A DNA stretch of 64,000 bases from Macrostomum hystrix (taxonomy: Eukaryota > Animalia > Platyhelminthes): NCBI GenBank assembly GCA_950097015.1, contig CATNEN010000029.1, positions 4,464,001 through 4,528,000 on the forward strand, given 5' to 3'. The notes beneath the pieces were generated by a model. That model was not told the origin of the DNA. It did not search any database and saw only the letters and a program-made list of their open reading frames with translations. Positions 60,980-64,000 of the stretch are shown here, one piece after another. The stretch's first letter is position 1. Every line of letters begins with the position of its first letter. Position numbers and translations under genes: made by a program.

Positions 60980-63900
60980 GGTCTACTAAGTTTGATGTTC
61001 AGGTCTACTAAGTTTGATGTTCAGATCTACTAAGTTTGATGTTCAGGTCTACTAAGTTTGATGTTCAGGTCTACTAAGTTTGATGTTCAGATCTACTAAG
61101 TTTGATGTTCAGGTCTACTAAGTTTGATGTTCAGATCTACTAAGTTTGATGTTCAGGTCTACTAAGTTTGATGTTCAGGTCTACTAAGTTTGATGTTCAG
61201 GTCTACTAAGTTTTAGGTTCAGGTCTAGTAAGTTTGATGTTCAGGTCTACTAAGTTTTAGGTTCAGGTCTAGTAAGTTTGATGTTCAGGTCTACTAAGTT
61301 TGATGTTCAGGTCTACTAAGTTTGATGTTCAGGTCTAGTAAGTTTGATGTTCAGGTCTAATAAGTTTTAGGTTCAGATCTACTAAGTTTGATCTTCAGAT
61401 CTACTAAGTTTGATGTTCAGATCTACTAAGTTTGATGTTCAGGTCTACTAAGTTTGATGTTCAGGTCTACTAAGTTTTAGGTTCAGGTCTAGTAAGTTTG
61501 ATGTTCAGGTCTACTAAGTTTGATGTTCAGATCTACTAAGTTTTAGGTTCAGGTCTAGTAAGTTTGATGTTCAGGTCTACTAAGTTTGATGTTCAGGTCT
61601 ACTAAGTTTGATGTTCAGGTCTAGTAAGTTTGATGTTCAGGTCTAATAAGTTTTAGGTTCAGATCTACTAAGTTTGATCTTCAGATCTACTAAGTTTGAT
61701 GTTCAGATCTACTAAGTTTGATGTTCAGGTCTACTAAGTTTGATGTTCAGGTCTACTAAGTTTGATGTTCAGGTCTACTAAGTTTGATGTTCAGGTCTAC
61801 TAAGTTTGATGTTCAGGTCTACTAAGTTTGATGTTCAGGTCTACTAAGTTTTAGGTTCAGATCTACTAAGTTTTAGGTTCAGGTCTACTAAGTTTTAGGT
61901 TCAGATCTACTAAGTTTTAGGTTCAGATCTACTAAGTTTGATGTTCAGGTCTACTAAGTTTGATGTTCAGGTCTACTAAGTTTGATGTTCAGGTCTACTA
62001 AGTTTGATGTTCAGGTCTAGTAAGTTTGATGTTCAGGTCTACTAAGTTTGATGTTCAGGTCTAATAAGTTTTAGGTTCAGATCTACTAAGTTTGATGTTC
62101 AGGTCTACTAAGTTTGATGTTCAGGTCTACTAAGTTTGATGTTCAGGTCTACTAAGTTTGATGTTCAGGTCTACTAAGTTTGATGTTCAGGTCTACTAAG
62201 TTTTAGGTTCAGGTCTACTAAGTTTGATGTTCAGGTCTACTAAGTTTGATGTTCAGATCTACTAAGTTTGATGTTCAGGTCTACTAAGTTTGATGTTCAG
62301 GTCTACTAAGTTTGATGTTCAGGTCTACTAAGTTTTAGGTTCAGGTCTACTAAGTTTGATGTTCAGGTCTACTAAGTTTTAGGTTCAGATCTACTAAGAT
62401 TGATGTTCAGGTCTACTAAGTTTGATGTTCAGGTCTACTAAGTTTGATGTTCAGGTCTACTAAGTTTTAGGTTCAGGTCTACTAAGTTTGATGTTCAGGT
62501 CTACTAAGTTTTAGGTTCAGATCTACTAAGTTTGATGTTCAGGTCTACTAAGTTTTAGGTTCAGATCTACTAAGATTTAGGTTCAGGTCTACTAAGTTTG
62601 ATGTTCAGGTCTACTAAGTTTGATGTTCAGGTCTACTAAGTTTGATGTTCAGGTCTACTAAGTTTGATGTTCAGGTCTACTAAGTTTGATGTTCAGGTCT
62701 ACTAAGTTTTAGGTTCAGGTCTACTAAGTTTGATGTTCAGGTCTACTAAGTTTTAGGTTTAGATCTACTAAGTTTGATGTTCAGGTCTACTAAGTTTTAG
62801 GTTCAGATCTACTAAGATTTAGGTTCAGGTTCTACTAAGTTTGATGTTCAGGTCTACTAAGTTTGATGTTCAGGTCTACTAAGTTTTAGGTTCAGGTCTA
62901 CTAAGTTTGATGTTCAGGTCTACTAAGTTTGATGTTCAGGTCTACTAAGTTTTAGGTTCAGGTCTACTAAGTTTGATGTTCAGGTCTACTAAGTTTTAGG
63001 TTCAGATCTACTAAGTTTGATGTTCAGGTCTACTAAGTTTAGGTTCAGATCTACTAAGATTTAGGTTCAGGTCTACTAAGTTTGATGTTCAGGTCTACTA
63101 AGTTTGATGTTCAGGTCTACTAAGTTTGATGTTCAGGTCTACTAAGTTTGATGTTTCAGGTCTACTAAGTTTGATGTTCAGGTCTACTAAGTTTTAGGTT
63201 CAGGTCTAGTAAGTTTGATGTTCAGGTCTACTAAGTTTGATGTTCAGGTCTAGTAAGTTTGATGTTCAGGTCTACTAAGTTTGATGTTCAGGTCTACTAA
63301 GTTTGATGTTCAGGTCTAGTAAGTTTGATGTTCAGGTCTAATAAGTTTTAGGTTCAGATCTACTAAGTTTGATCTTCAGATCTACTAAGTTTGATGTTCA
63401 GATCTACTAAGTTTGATGTTCAGGTCTACTAAGTTTGATGTTCAGGTCTACTAAGTTTGATGTTCAGGTCTACTAAGTTTGATGTTCAGGTCTACTAAGT
63501 TTGATGTTCAGGTCTACTAAGTTTGATGTTCAGGTCTACTAAGTTTTAGGTTCAGATCTACTAAGTTTTAGGTTCAGGTCTACTAAGTTTTAGGTTCAGA
63601 TCTACTAAGTTTTAGGTTCAGATCTACTAAGTTTGATGTTCAGGTCTACTAAGTTTGATGTTCAGGTCTACTAAGTTTGATGTTCAGGTCTACTAAGTTT
63701 GATGTTCAGGTCTAGTAAGTTTGATGTTCAGGTCTACTAAGTTTGATGTTCAGGTCTAATAAGTTTTAGGTTCAGATCTACTAAGTTTGATGTTCAGGTC
63801 TACTAAGTTTGATGTTCAGGTCTACTAAGTTTGATGTTCAGGTCTACTAAGTTTGATGTTCAGGTCTACTAAGTTTGATGTTCAGGTCTACTAAGTTTTA

Positions 63901-64000
63901 GGTTCAGGTCTACTAAGTTTGATGTTCAGGTCTACTAAGTTTGATGTTCAGATCTACTAAGTTTGATGTTCAGGTCTACTAAGTTTGATGTTCAGGTCTA
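60980..64000 (+). repeat. Large minisatellite, 22-bp unit AGGTCTACTAAGTTTGATGTTC, >135 copies, runs off the window
   Basis: Direct inspection; variants AGATCTAC, TTTTAGGTTC, CTAGTAAG. Confidence 0.99.

Overview
Eukaryotic (animal) genomic DNA with AT-rich spacers, GC-rich exons and GT-AG introns; nothing prokaryotic and no CRISPR array. Three spliced genes, all on the + strand, were rebuilt by hand. (1) RALGAPB, Ral GTPase-activating protein beta subunit: 5085-14964, 9 coding exons, ~1287 aa. (2) A Gs-class heterotrimeric G-protein alpha subunit: 27344-41104, 9 exons, with a frameshifting gap of ~35 nt at 37504 and two large insertions. (3) A type I PI4P 5-kinase, PIP5K1: 46991-60534, 13 exons, ~554 aa. 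Roughly 40% of the window (my sum of array spans, ~27 kb) consists of about 30 tandem arrays, mostly minisatellites with 15-81 bp units. Nearly every intron longer than 300 bp carries one, often right behind the splice donor, and many units share an AGATC/CAGATC-type core. Mobile DNA includes an internally deleted Helitron (15072-17352) with an open Pif1-helicase C-terminal ORF and a nested hAT MITE (8-bp TSD), a tRNA-derived SINE in three copies plus a 3' fragment, and a decayed Ty3/Gypsy RT fragment. The very long ORFs in the track are repeat artefacts. The minisatellite-rich introns and splice acceptors just before each ATG suggest a flatworm such as Macrostomum, but that is inference only. 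No clearly new protein-coding system is evident; the leads most worth checking are the intron/minisatellite architecture, the broken and expanded G-alpha, and a possible RALGAPB-Helitron in-frame splice.
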